A DNA stretch of 53,192 nucleotides from the IMG/VR virus record IMGVR_UViG_3300045988_066337. The stretch is one strand, 5' to 3'. The stretch comes from a virus. A model generated the notes under the pieces. It was not told the DNA's origin, ran no database searches, and was given only the letters and a program-made list of their open reading frames with translations. Of the stretch, positions 1-7,447 are shown in pieces (positions within the stretch are counted from its first letter, which is position 1; each line of letters starts with the position of its first letter). The position numbers and the translations under genes are program-made.

Positions 1-99
1 ATTAGTCACGTGAAACACCTCCTATCATTTTTTCTTTAACTTGTGTATATATTATAACTTATTGTAACACATAAATCAAGAGTTTTACAAAAAAAAAAG
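1..99. repeat. Terminal direct repeat: bases 1-99 are identical to 53094-53192 (circular-assembly overlap or terminal redundancy); unit genome 53,093 bp
   Basis: Both ends compared base by base, including the A10 run; identical 99-mer. Confidence 0.95.
51..79 (-). promoter_or_regulatory. SigA-type promoter, TTGATT-17 nt-TATAAT. The spacer carries the conserved TTATGTGTTACAATAAG box. It fires across the circular junction into the ArdC-like gene (same element at 53144-53172).
   Basis: Reverse complement reads TTGATT TATGTGTTACAATAAGT TATAAT; directly downstream (in minus sense) of the terminator at 89-119. Confidence 0.6.
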
Positions 100-119
100 A
101 GGTGAATTTTTATCACCTC
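89..119 (-). terminator. Rho-independent terminator ending the accessory cassette
   Basis: Minus strand: GAGGTGA-AAAAATT-TCACCTC hairpin followed by a T10 run. Confidence 0.75.
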
Positions 120-146
120 TTCACATTGTTTCTCTTTTCAGTAATT

Positions 147-290
147 TTAATACACCCCTCCTGGTTTCTTATCCTTTGTATCATAGTAAGACTGAGGCAA
201 CACATCTTTATGCCCTTTTGGGAGAGGTGCTTCTTTTGCCTTTTTCATAGTTTTTGTCACTTTAGATTTGTTTGATGTTGTTTTTCTCAT
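147..290 (-). CDS. Small Lys-rich basic protein (47 aa), hypothetical
   Basis: ATG at 290 preceded by GAAAGGAA; translates MRKTTSNKSKVTKTMKKAKEAPLPKGHKDVLPQSYYDTKDKKPGGVY; fills the gap between the stop at 312 and the terminator; below the ORF-track size cutoff. Confidence 0.4.
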   Translation of the reverse strand: MRKTTSNKSKVTKTMKKAKEAPLPKGHKDVLPQSYYDTKDKKPGGVY

Positions 291-311
291 ATTAACCATT
301 CCTTTCATCGT

Positions 312-917
312 TTATAAACTCGGTTTGACAGCATCCTTAATATAAGGATTGTTTAAATTTGAATCGTCTGTTCTAACTAACTTAGTACTCTTTAGATTAA
401 CACGTCCTAACAAACCCTCAAAGGATGATTGACGACCAGTCTGTGGATCAAATATCTTAACACCTTTTGAAGTATTTACTAAACTCACCACATGACCAAA
501 ATCTCTATCTTTCCAGGAAAAGGTCAAGACGGCTCTAGAATTTTCTCCCCACTCACCCATTTTTGATAAGATCCTACCTGTCGTACTTTTCACAGTCGGA
601 TTTCTCACGGTACGACCGTTAGGAGTTACGATATCGGTGACATTTTTACCAAAAAATTTAAGCCAATTATAGTTGCGTGGGTAGTCATCACCCCCAGAGT
701 TAGGTAACGCTTCCACATCGTAACCTTGCATTTTAGCCTCAAAAGCTACGACACATCTTTGGCAATTAGTTGTATAACCCGTCTCCCCATAATGGGGGTT
801 CGTCCAGGATACAGCATCGTCTAGGTCAGAAGGATTATTTTGATTATATTTTAACGTTTTCTTTCCTAACGCAGAAGAAACACTTTGTTTGCCACTTGCA
901 GAACCTCTACCGCCCAT
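312..917 (-). CDS. Hypothetical protein with a papain-fold toxin-like (Tox-PL1 / glutamine-deamidase-type) Cys...His signature
   Basis: 201-aa ORF overlapping the end of the upstream gene. A Gly/Ser linker MGGRGSASG is followed by TNCQRCVVAFEAKMQGYDVEA ... DFGHVVSL. From memory this resembles the toxin module usually fused to the C-terminus of MuF/SPP1-gp7 head proteins. Function unverified. Confidence 0.45.
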   Translation of the reverse strand: MGGRGSASGKQSVSSALGKKTLKYNQNNPSDLDDAVSWTNPHYGETGYTTNCQRCVVAFEAKMQGYDVEALPNSGGDDYPRNYNWLKFFGKNVTDIVTPNGRTVRNPTVKSTTGRILSKMGEWGENSRAVLTFSWKDRDFGHVVSLVNTSKGVKIFDPQTGRQSSFEGLLGRVNLKSTKLVRTDDSNLNNPYIKDAVKPSL

Positions 918-1614
918 CTTTATAATTCTCCTTTCTATAGTCTACAAATGTAATTATAGAAGAGTCGAATTGTTTTGTCAATAGTTCATATAAAGATTCT
1001 ACGGATCTTAATAAAATTTGTTTGGGTTCTAATTCTATTAGCATTCTTTCAAACCCTGTCAGGAATCTTGGCAATACTTCTTTTTGTCTACTAGAACCTA
1101 CTGCAGACACCATTAGTACAGAATCTTTGGGTAGCCCGCTAAAACAAAATTCAAAAGATTTCTCGTGACTCCAATTTACAGAAGGTATAACAGTCATACC
1201 ATTAATTTGACATAATCTAGCAAACCACAAATTTCTATAATGATTAAACCTCTGTAAAGGTTCAGGCATATCCCAGTAAAGACTGAAATCAGGCATTACC
1301 ACACCTTCGTATTCGGCTAATATGTCTATGTACTTCATTGGGTTATTCCATATACGATTAAACTGATAATCTTGAAGATAAAAGTGAATATATGCATTTT
1401 TATTTTTATTGGACATTGCATAATTAAAGGGTAAAAACGTAACACCTCTTCTGGGTAATTTAAAATCTTGGAGAGGTTCCAATATTGGGAACCCGTCTTC
1501 AGTAAACTGCATTGAATCTGGTGTTTTGTACCAATTCAATATATCCTGACCATTAAGCCATGCATTACTTTTCAAATAATCCTCCTTATACCGTGCCTGT
1601 AATAAAATATCCAA
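907..1614 (-). CDS. DUF4417-like protein
   Basis: 235-aa ORF (TTG start as in the ORF track; start uncertain). Motifs IHFYLQDYQFNRIW, MPDFSLYWDMP and NHYRNLWFARLCQ..G..VIPSVNW match what I recall as DUF4417 hallmarks. Confidence 0.45.
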   Translation of the reverse strand: MDILLQARYKEDYLKSNAWLNGQDILNWYKTPDSMQFTEDGFPILEPLQDFKLPRRGVTFLPFNYAMSNKNKNAYIHFYLQDYQFNRIWNNPMKYIDILAEYEGVVMPDFSLYWDMPEPLQRFNHYRNLWFARLCQINGMTVIPSVNWSHEKSFEFCFSGLPKDSVLMVSAVGSSRQKEVLPRFLTGFERMLIELEPKQILLRSVESLYELLTKQFDSSIITFVDYRKENYKDGR

Positions 1615-1702
1615 TACTGGACAGAACTATAATAAGTATAAAAGGTAATCCTGAAATTATGTAATCAAGTAATGACCCTTCTCTTATAGTGTACCTTTTC
1701 AT
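1586..1702 (-). CDS. Small hydrophobic peptide (38 aa), hypothetical
   Basis: AAGGAGGAATTGATTT-ATG at 1702; translates MKRYTIREGSLLDYIISGLPFILIIVLSSIGYFITGTV; first ORF after the promoter at 1747-1775; below the ORF-track cutoff. Confidence 0.35.
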   Translation of the reverse strand: MKRYTIREGSLLDYIISGLPFILIIVLSSIGYFITGTV

Positions 1703-1746
1703 AAATCAATTCCTCCTTTTTTGTGTGTTTTCTTTTGTTTTAACTT

Positions 1747-1775
1747 ATTGTAACACATAAGAATAGAGTTGTCAA
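1747..1775 (-). promoter_or_regulatory. SigA-type promoter, TTGACA-17-TACAAT with TGT extended -10 (conserved box)
   Basis: Reverse complement reads TTGACA ACTCTATTCTTATGTGT TACAAT; the -35 overlaps the recA-like stop codon. Confidence 0.6.
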
Positions 1776-2815
1776 GTGGGTATGTCACATTTCTCAATGG
1801 ATTCCAAAACATATTTATATAGATCGGGCTCTTCTTTCAATAATTTTACAAATGAACCTTTACCTTGTATTTTTATTTCGGAATTTTGCACACTCATTAT
1901 TTCGCCGGTTTCCACATCAACTAAACGAAACCAAGAACCTGATTGCTGTATAATGCCAAATTTAACAGCTACATCAAATGCATCAGACACATAATCTATA
2001 CCTGTCATATACATTAATGTATAAAATCCTGTTTTTCTGTCAGGAGGACACACTTTAGATTTATCTAAATGAACTTGTACTAATTGCCCTCTCGGGTTTT
2101 CACAAGCTCTTGATAGTACTGTGCCTTTCTCATCAATGAAATTACCATGTCTAAAAGATAATCTTGTAGTGCAAGCATGCTTCCAAGCTCTTCCCCCTGT
2201 CGTGACCGTACCCCCATACATACTATTCATATCATCTCTTATCTGATTGATACCTATAAACGTGCAATTTGTTCTTGCACAGACAGGAGTGGCTTTTTTA
2301 GAAAACAGAGTTAAAGACTGGCTAATTCCTCCATATGTCTTTTCAGTCATATCTTTTTCATTTGCGAGCCCAGAGACCATAGCCCCGATAGAATCTAAAA
2401 TTACTAAAGATATATCACCAGTGTTCATGATTTCTAACAATGTTTGAAATACATCTTCTGCTCCTTGTGAATCAGGTCGAAATAGGATAATACTGTCAAT
2501 ATCCACTCCCATTTTCTCCGCCCACCCTGAATTGAATGTACTTTCGATATCTACAAACATAACTTTTTTGTCAGGAAATTTCTTTTGACACTGCCCTGCT
2601 ACATCTAATGCTGTAGTAGTCTTCCCGGAACCTTCGGCTCCACTGAACTCCGCTATTCTACCGACAGGCAGCCCTCCGTGTGTCATGTAATTCAAACGAC
2701 AGGAAGAAAATGGTATTTTATCAACATCTTGAAAATCTACACCAAGTTGAATATTGCCTATTTTCATTTTCTTGTTCAAATCTTTTAAAATTACATCTAG
2801 ATTACTCATGTTCAT
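1772..2815 (-). CDS. RecA-family recombinase
   Basis: Walker A GAEGSGKTTTALDV; RecA-like core (VILDSIGAM, INQIRD); 347 aa. Confidence 0.75.
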   Translation of the reverse strand: MNMSNLDVILKDLNKKMKIGNIQLGVDFQDVDKIPFSSCRLNYMTHGGLPVGRIAEFSGAEGSGKTTTALDVAGQCQKKFPDKKVMFVDIESTFNSGWAEKMGVDIDSIILFRPDSQGAEDVFQTLLEIMNTGDISLVILDSIGAMVSGLANEKDMTEKTYGGISQSLTLFSKKATPVCARTNCTFIGINQIRDDMNSMYGGTVTTGGRAWKHACTTRLSFRHGNFIDEKGTVLSRACENPRGQLVQVHLDKSKVCPPDRKTGFYTLMYMTGIDYVSDAFDVAVKFGIIQQSGSWFRLVDVETGEIMSVQNSEIKIQGKGSFVKLLKEEPDLYKYVLESIEKCDIPT

Positions 2816-3095
2816 CCTCCTGTTCCCTACTCCAATCTAATTTTTGACCACAAGTATCACAATATTTGAATCTTCGCCATTCGAACACGCTATTCCCTAC
2901 AAGATTACCACAAACACTACAATAATAATCAGATGCATAAAATCTAGGCTTCTTGGCTATCTGCTTTTCAAGTGCCTTAATTGCCATATTCAACGCTTCA
3001 TTCATATATGTGTATGGTTGAAAATTTGGTGTATTTTTGCATTCTTTAATTCTTTTAATTGCTTCATTCTCTGTCATATTATCCCTCACTTTCAC
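2802..3095 (-). CDS. Zinc-ribbon protein, hypothetical
   Basis: CSVCGN...CDTCGQ pair of CxxC motifs; coupled to neighbouring genes. Confidence 0.55.
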   Translation of the reverse strand: MKVRDNMTENEAIKRIKECKNTPNFQPYTYMNEALNMAIKALEKQIAKKPRFYASDYYCSVCGNLVGNSVFEWRRFKYCDTCGQKLDWSREQEDEHE

Positions 3096-3633
3096 TATGA
3101 TTTATATACCTGCTATTAGACAGCTCCATTTCAGTAATTCTTTTATTCATTACTTTTTTTAAGCTATTAAGCATTTCATACCCTGCATCCATTCTTAATT
3201 TTACCTTTTTATAGGCTCTTGAATAGATTGCAAGTGTCATTGTTTCTGCTTGTGCTGTTAGTTCTGCTTGTGCCGTTTTATCTGCGACAGTTTTCCCTGT
3301 TGCTTGTTCTCTTGCTTTTGAATATACTTCTTGTCTTATAGCTTTGCAAGTATCTTCTTTAATACCCAAATCTTCCTGTGCCGAACCTGTGAAATATAAT
3401 ATATTTGCTAATTCTAATATATGCTTCTCTAATGTATCATCAGTTAGAGAGTTATTTTCTTTCAACTCCAATCTAATAACTGCCATTTCTACATCAAGTG
3501 ACTTACAATATTTTTCTATAAGTTTATCCGATATTTCCTGTATTGTATCGCTTATACTATCCACTTTTTGCATTATAGATTCAGCAGTTTTAGGTTGTTC
3601 GACATTTGCTTTTCCTTCTCTACGACTTCCCAT
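3079..3633 (-). CDS. Coiled-coil protein, hypothetical
   Basis: ORF 3079-3651; AGGAGG-8 nt-ATG favours a start at 3633 (MGSRREG...). Confidence 0.55.
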   Translation of the reverse strand: MGSRREGKANVEQPKTAESIMQKVDSISDTIQEISDKLIEKYCKSLDVEMAVIRLELKENNSLTDDTLEKHILELANILYFTGSAQEDLGIKEDTCKAIRQEVYSKAREQATGKTVADKTAQAELTAQAETMTLAIYSRAYKKVKLRMDAGYEMLNSLKKVMNKRITEMELSNSRYINHSESEG

Positions 3634-4084
3634 TATAATGCCTCCTTCCATATTCTGCTATCAATAATGCTTCTGCCATTCCGTCATGATCTTTCCTGCA
3701 CCTATCTGTTGCTTTTAGATTCACATTCGGAAATAATCTCTTGCATACTTCGATGGATGTATTTTTATCAGATGTGCAGGAAAATTCTTTCTTCCATTTC
3801 TGTGGTGTCACTAATTCGTAACGAATGCCGTATGCTTTTAAAACGCCTTGAATGAAACCAAAACTCATACCAAAGTTAAACGTACTTGATACTCCTTGCT
3901 TAGGCATTGCGTGAACGTGTTCAAGATAACATATTGCAGCATTCTGCCAACCTTGTACATATATTAATCTTAGATTATTTATTAAAACATCATCAGAGTA
4001 CGGATATGTTTCGCTGTTATTTTTACCATCACCCATGAAAGCTATTCCACCATTCTTACCCGGATCAATTCCTATATATATCAT
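3620..4084 (-). CDS. ruvC: RuvC-like Holliday junction resolvase
   Basis: N-terminal MIYIGIDPGKNGGIAF catalytic-Asp motif; typical phage RuvC size (154 aa). Confidence 0.7.
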   Translation of the reverse strand: MIYIGIDPGKNGGIAFMGDGKNNSETYPYSDDVLINNLRLIYVQGWQNAAICYLEHVHAMPKQGVSSTFNFGMSFGFIQGVLKAYGIRYELVTPQKWKKEFSCTSDKNTSIEVCKRLFPNVNLKATDRCRKDHDGMAEALLIAEYGRRHYNGKS

Positions 4085-4347
4085 TATTTCACCTTCACTT
4101 CCCCAAAAGGTATGCTTTTATCAATTGCGATTTGAAATTTATATGGTACCCAGCTCAAGTCCCCATAATATACCCATGAATTATCTTTATTATCATATCC
4201 GCTGGATAACATTTTAATGAGCTTAAACGTCATCTTTGACATTATTAAGTAGGGCTCATGAGAGTAGGAATTAGGTATTTCTACAAGATTATTTAATTCT
4301 GAATCTACATCCATATCTTGAACATCAAATAAAACATAATTACTCAT
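4084..4347 (-). CDS. Hypothetical protein
   Basis: ORF 4084-4365; AAAGGTAGG RBS favours the ATG at 4347 (MSNYVLF...). Confidence 0.55.
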   Translation of the reverse strand: MSNYVLFDVQDMDVDSELNNLVEIPNSYSHEPYLIMSKMTFKLIKMLSSGYDNKDNSWVYYGDLSWVPYKFQIAIDKSIPFGEVKVK

Positions 4348-4361
4348 TTTTAACCTACCTT

Positions 4362-4733
4362 TCAATAAAGCTTTAAATAACTTGTCTTTGTACCCAGCTC
4401 TCTTTTACTGCACCCTTGTCCTGCAGGACAACCTCTACGGTGACCTGTATTTAAGATATACCCACAAGCCAGCGTGCCTGATAATAAAGTGGAATATTTA
4501 CACCTTGCGCATGTTTTCTTGTCGCAAATCGACGATTTGACACCTTCTCGAGGCATGCTCGTATCTGATGTGCCTTTCAATTCCGCATACCTTTCTCGAC
4601 TGTACTCTCTTTCTCTTTTTAGTACATACTGTCTTCGACATTCCGGACACCTTATCGTTCTATGACTCTTCCTGGTAAAGATCGTCCCACAGTCCTTGCA
4701 AGCCACTTCCGGCTCTTTTAATGCATACGCCAT
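4362..4733 (-). CDS. Cys-rich zinc-ribbon protein, hypothetical
   Basis: CKDCG...CPECRR plus CARCKY...C..GC motifs; AGGTGG RBS favours the internal ATG at 4733; GC-rich island. Confidence 0.55.
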   Translation of the reverse strand: MAYALKEPEVACKDCGTIFTRKSHRTIRCPECRRQYVLKREREYSRERYAELKGTSDTSMPREGVKSSICDKKTCARCKYSTLLSGTLACGYILNTGHRRGCPAGQGCSKRELGTKTSYLKLY

Positions 4734-4746
4734 TACGACCACCTGC

Positions 4747-5364
4747 CTAGTCCTCACGGTAATTAAAGCACTCTTTGCCTGCCGTTCCATTCACTGCAAA
4801 TGTAGGCGGTGCTGTGCAGATGCAGTCGTTGTTATAATAGCAATCTGTTTCAACGCAGCGGATCGTCATATCCCGAAAAACACTGCGTTCTGGCATTTCT
4901 GGGTTCGTAGTGATATGCTCATGCGTCCAGATCAGACACATGATGTTCCACACAAATGCCCTGTCATGACGTTCGTCATCATCGCCCCGCAACCATTTGA
5001 GATAGTGTCTGACCGCACTGTCTATGTAACTTGATTCAGGGATCCCTTTCTGCCAGTTGTTTTCTCCGTACTTTTTGGCACCCTCTTCAAAGTGTTTTGA
5101 AACTTCCAGCAACGCCGTAAATAAGTCAGGGAACCCATCGCTTTTCATAAAATTTGTCACAACAGCTCGCAGATAGCCAGCATAATGTGTTGTTTGGTAT
5201 TTGTAAATCCCCTCTATAACTGTTGACGCTCCGCCACAGCCTCCTTCCAGGAGAAGCTCCGCTACTACACCCAGCGGCATCAGATCGCATCTGCCTTTGC
5301 CTTCCTGAATGTCTCTTACCGCACCCGTTTCGTATTCTCTTCTGTTTCCGCTATCTTGTATCAT
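4747..5364 (-). CDS. MazG-like all-alpha dNTP pyrophosphohydrolase of the dATP/dGTP diphosphohydrolase (MazZ / DUF5664) type, with a Cys-rich C-terminal tail
   Basis: DSGNRREYETGAVRD..GKGRCDLMP, GAKKYGENNWQKG and RHYLKWLRGDDDERHD match the motifs I recall for this family. Confidence 0.6.
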   Translation of the reverse strand: MIQDSGNRREYETGAVRDIQEGKGRCDLMPLGVVAELLLEGGCGGASTVIEGIYKYQTTHYAGYLRAVVTNFMKSDGFPDLFTALLEVSKHFEEGAKKYGENNWQKGIPESSYIDSAVRHYLKWLRGDDDERHDRAFVWNIMCLIWTHEHITTNPEMPERSVFRDMTIRCVETDCYYNNDCICTAPPTFAVNGTAGKECFNYRED

Positions 5365-5368
5365 TTTA

Positions 5369-5458
5369 TTATCTCCTCTTAATACCAGTAATTACAATTA
5401 CTGTAAAGCATATTATTGCAACACAATATAAAACACAATCTATTTCTGTAATATTCAT
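5369..5458 (-). CDS. Small hydrophobic peptide (29 aa), hypothetical
   Basis: ATGA overlap with the upstream stop; translates MNITEIDCVLYCVAIICFTVIVITGIKRR; fills the only gap here. Confidence 0.3.
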   Translation of the reverse strand: MNITEIDCVLYCVAIICFTVIVITGIKRR

Positions 5459-5631
5459 TCGATTTCCTCCCCAGCCGCCCATTCGTCGTATGCCTCATTC
5501 AGCACGTTATACGCTTCGTCAGTACATACGATGATGTGATATTCTCCACCGCTCGCACTGACCATTCCCGCATTGCACTCTTTTAGCGCCCTGAGCATTT
5601 CCGCTATTAAACCTACTGTTGCACTCATCAT
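5455..5631 (-). CDS. Hypothetical protein
   Basis: AGGAGGTGG RBS and ATGA overlap with the upstream stop favour a start at 5631 (MMSATVG...). Confidence 0.5.
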   Translation of the reverse strand: MMSATVGLIAEMLRALKECNAGMVSASGGEYHIIVCTDEAYNVLNEAYDEWAAGEEIE

Positions 5632-6107
5632 TCCACCTCCTGAGACCAGTAAGTTCTCCTGCAGTCTGAACAACATCCTACCGGATAATTTTTGCAGTCA
5701 TCAAAATCCTTATCAATATATCTAGGGCAAATATCTATAACGCCTTGATCCATCATGGCATTTGGGTTTGCCTTTAAAAATTCGCCTTGTCGTGTTTTAT
5801 TTGCAACCCTTATAAACCTATCTGGATAATTTCTACGACACCCTAAACATGTAGATGTACCGTAATCGTGTATACAATGTTCGCAACTGCCTAAACCAGT
5901 ATTTAATTCATTATCAGCACACTTCAATAGCTGCTCCACTAAATTTACAGTGCAGTCAACTCCCTTACTATTAAATTTACAATTCTTGCATGCGTTCTCT
6001 GTACTACAGCTAACAAATTTGTCATCTACCAGTGCAGGAAGTTGCCTGTCTTTTTGTATAAATTCCAAAATCTGATTTTTCCACGTCTCAAAATTCATCA
6101 ATATCAC
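5628..6107 (-). CDS. Cys-rich protein (about 18 Cys in 159 aa), hypothetical
   Basis: Several CxxC and CxxxC pairs (CKNCK, CEHC, CLGC, CCSDC). Confidence 0.6.
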   Translation of the reverse strand: MILMNFETWKNQILEFIQKDRQLPALVDDKFVSCSTENACKNCKFNSKGVDCTVNLVEQLLKCADNELNTGLGSCEHCIHDYGTSTCLGCRRNYPDRFIRVANKTRQGEFLKANPNAMMDQGVIDICPRYIDKDFDDCKNYPVGCCSDCRRTYWSQEVE

Positions 6108-6138
6108 TCCTTATATCTTAAAAAATTTATCATAAACA

Positions 6139-6345
6139 TTACCTTTTATATGTTAAACTTACACCGTCTTCCATAAGTACAGAAATATGAACAGGATATC
6201 CTTTCCTGTTATCACCTAAAGAAACGAATTTCTTTCCTACGATTTTTACAGGTTTAACATGATTTTTTTCACATTCCATGCATTTATTTTTATCTTTATA
6301 AGTTGTACCACATGCTTCACACACAAATAATTTAGTCTCTTTCAC
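6139..6345 (-). CDS. Zinc-ribbon protein, hypothetical
   Basis: CEACG...CMEC; GGAGG-7 nt-GTG favours a start at 6345 (the ORF track extends to 6381). Confidence 0.5.
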   Translation of the reverse strand: MKETKLFVCEACGTTYKDKNKCMECEKNHVKPVKIVGKKFVSLGDNRKGYPVHISVLMEDGVSLTYKR

Positions 6346-6526
6346 TTTTAAACCTCCTACTATGTTTTTTCTTGTCATCAATTAATGTTGTAATACCTAA
6401 CCTATAAACATACAATGGGCAAGACTTTATAGGACAATTAATAACTTCTTGCTTATGCCCACAAGAACAGTCCAAACACTTTGCTTTCACCGCTTTAAAT
6501 AAAGGTGTGTCATCGTATGCACTCAT
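6332..6526 (-). CDS. Small Cys-rich protein, hypothetical
   Basis: KAKCLDCSCGHKQEVINCPIKSCPLYVYRLG, a motif I recall from small prophage proteins of unknown function. Confidence 0.55.
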   Translation of the reverse strand: MSAYDDTPLFKAVKAKCLDCSCGHKQEVINCPIKSCPLYVYRLGITTLIDDKKKHSRRFKSERD

Positions 6527-7320
6527 TATGTCACCTTCTTACAAATCGTTTTATAATTACAATATCTGCAAGTCTTAGTATTTTCGGTCTTTGGGGGTGC
6601 TATAAGTCTTTCTACATATCCCTCACACTCCATTATATATGAAACTAACCACTCCTTCATATCTTCTGTAACTTCAAACAGCGTGCATTCTAATGTGCAG
6701 AAATCCCTGTTTTCATATAGAACAAACACCTTATTAAGATCCAATGCAGTACAATAACAAATAACCTGATTATGATGTTCTTCTAAAGGTTGATTTTCCA
6801 CATTAGCATATTTAAATGAGGTAACGTTTTTCATCTCAAATAGATAATACTCATTTGTTGAAATACGTCTAATAATACCGTCACACCTGAAAGATAAATT
6901 TAATGTCGTGTCTATAAGATGTGTTTCAGCTCCTGCCGTACCTTTCACTTTTAGATTTTTACATTTTCCGAATTTCTGCTTATTCTCTACATATTTAGCA
7001 ACATCTACATATTCCCAGTCTGTACCTAATTCTTTAAGCTGTAAAAGAACCTCTTGTATAGCTTCATGTCTTCTTGTACCTGTATCCGACATGCCGATCA
7101 TACTATACTGAGAATCTGCTTTATCCGTATCAGCACCAACTCTTGTAAAATACATATTTCTCATACATTTTAAAGAACTTGGTTTATAATATCGGCTTGG
7201 TTTACGTCTATTACTAGAGTCAAGTCTCTCAATGGATGTCATTACATCCACGAGAAACTTTTTATTTGGTTCTAAATCTTTAGATCTATTATTTATAAGA
7301 TTTAATAATTTTCTTGTCAC
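6526..7320 (-). CDS. PD-(D/E)XK exonuclease, Cas4/AddB-like with a Cys cluster
   Basis: D..EMK core (CDGIIRR...LFEMKNV); one N-terminal Cys plus a C-terminal CRYCNYKTIC. Confidence 0.65.
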   Translation of the reverse strand: MTRKLLNLINNRSKDLEPNKKFLVDVMTSIERLDSSNRRKPSRYYKPSSLKCMRNMYFTRVGADTDKADSQYSMIGMSDTGTRRHEAIQEVLLQLKELGTDWEYVDVAKYVENKQKFGKCKNLKVKGTAGAETHLIDTTLNLSFRCDGIIRRISTNEYYLFEMKNVTSFKYANVENQPLEEHHNQVICYCTALDLNKVFVLYENRDFCTLECTLFEVTEDMKEWLVSYIMECEGYVERLIAPPKTENTKTCRYCNYKTICKKVT

Positions 7321-7364
7321 TATCTCACCTCTTCAATTTGTGTTTTTCTTTAACTTATGTATAT

Positions 7365-7393
7365 ATTATAACTTATTGTAACACATAAGTCAA
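7365..7393 (-). promoter_or_regulatory. SigA-type promoter, TTGACT-17-TATAAT with the conserved box in the spacer
   Basis: Reverse complement reads TTGACT TATGTGTTACAATAAGT TATAAT. Confidence 0.65.
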
Positions 7394-7403
7394 TAGTTTT
7401 TAC

Positions 7404-7432
7404 AAAAAAAAGAGGTGAATTTTTATCACCTC
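7404..7432 (-). terminator. Rho-independent terminator after dnaN
   Basis: GAGGTGA...TCACCTC hairpin plus a T8 run on the minus strand; near-identical to 89-119. Confidence 0.75.
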
Positions 7433-7447
7433 CTATAATAACATATA

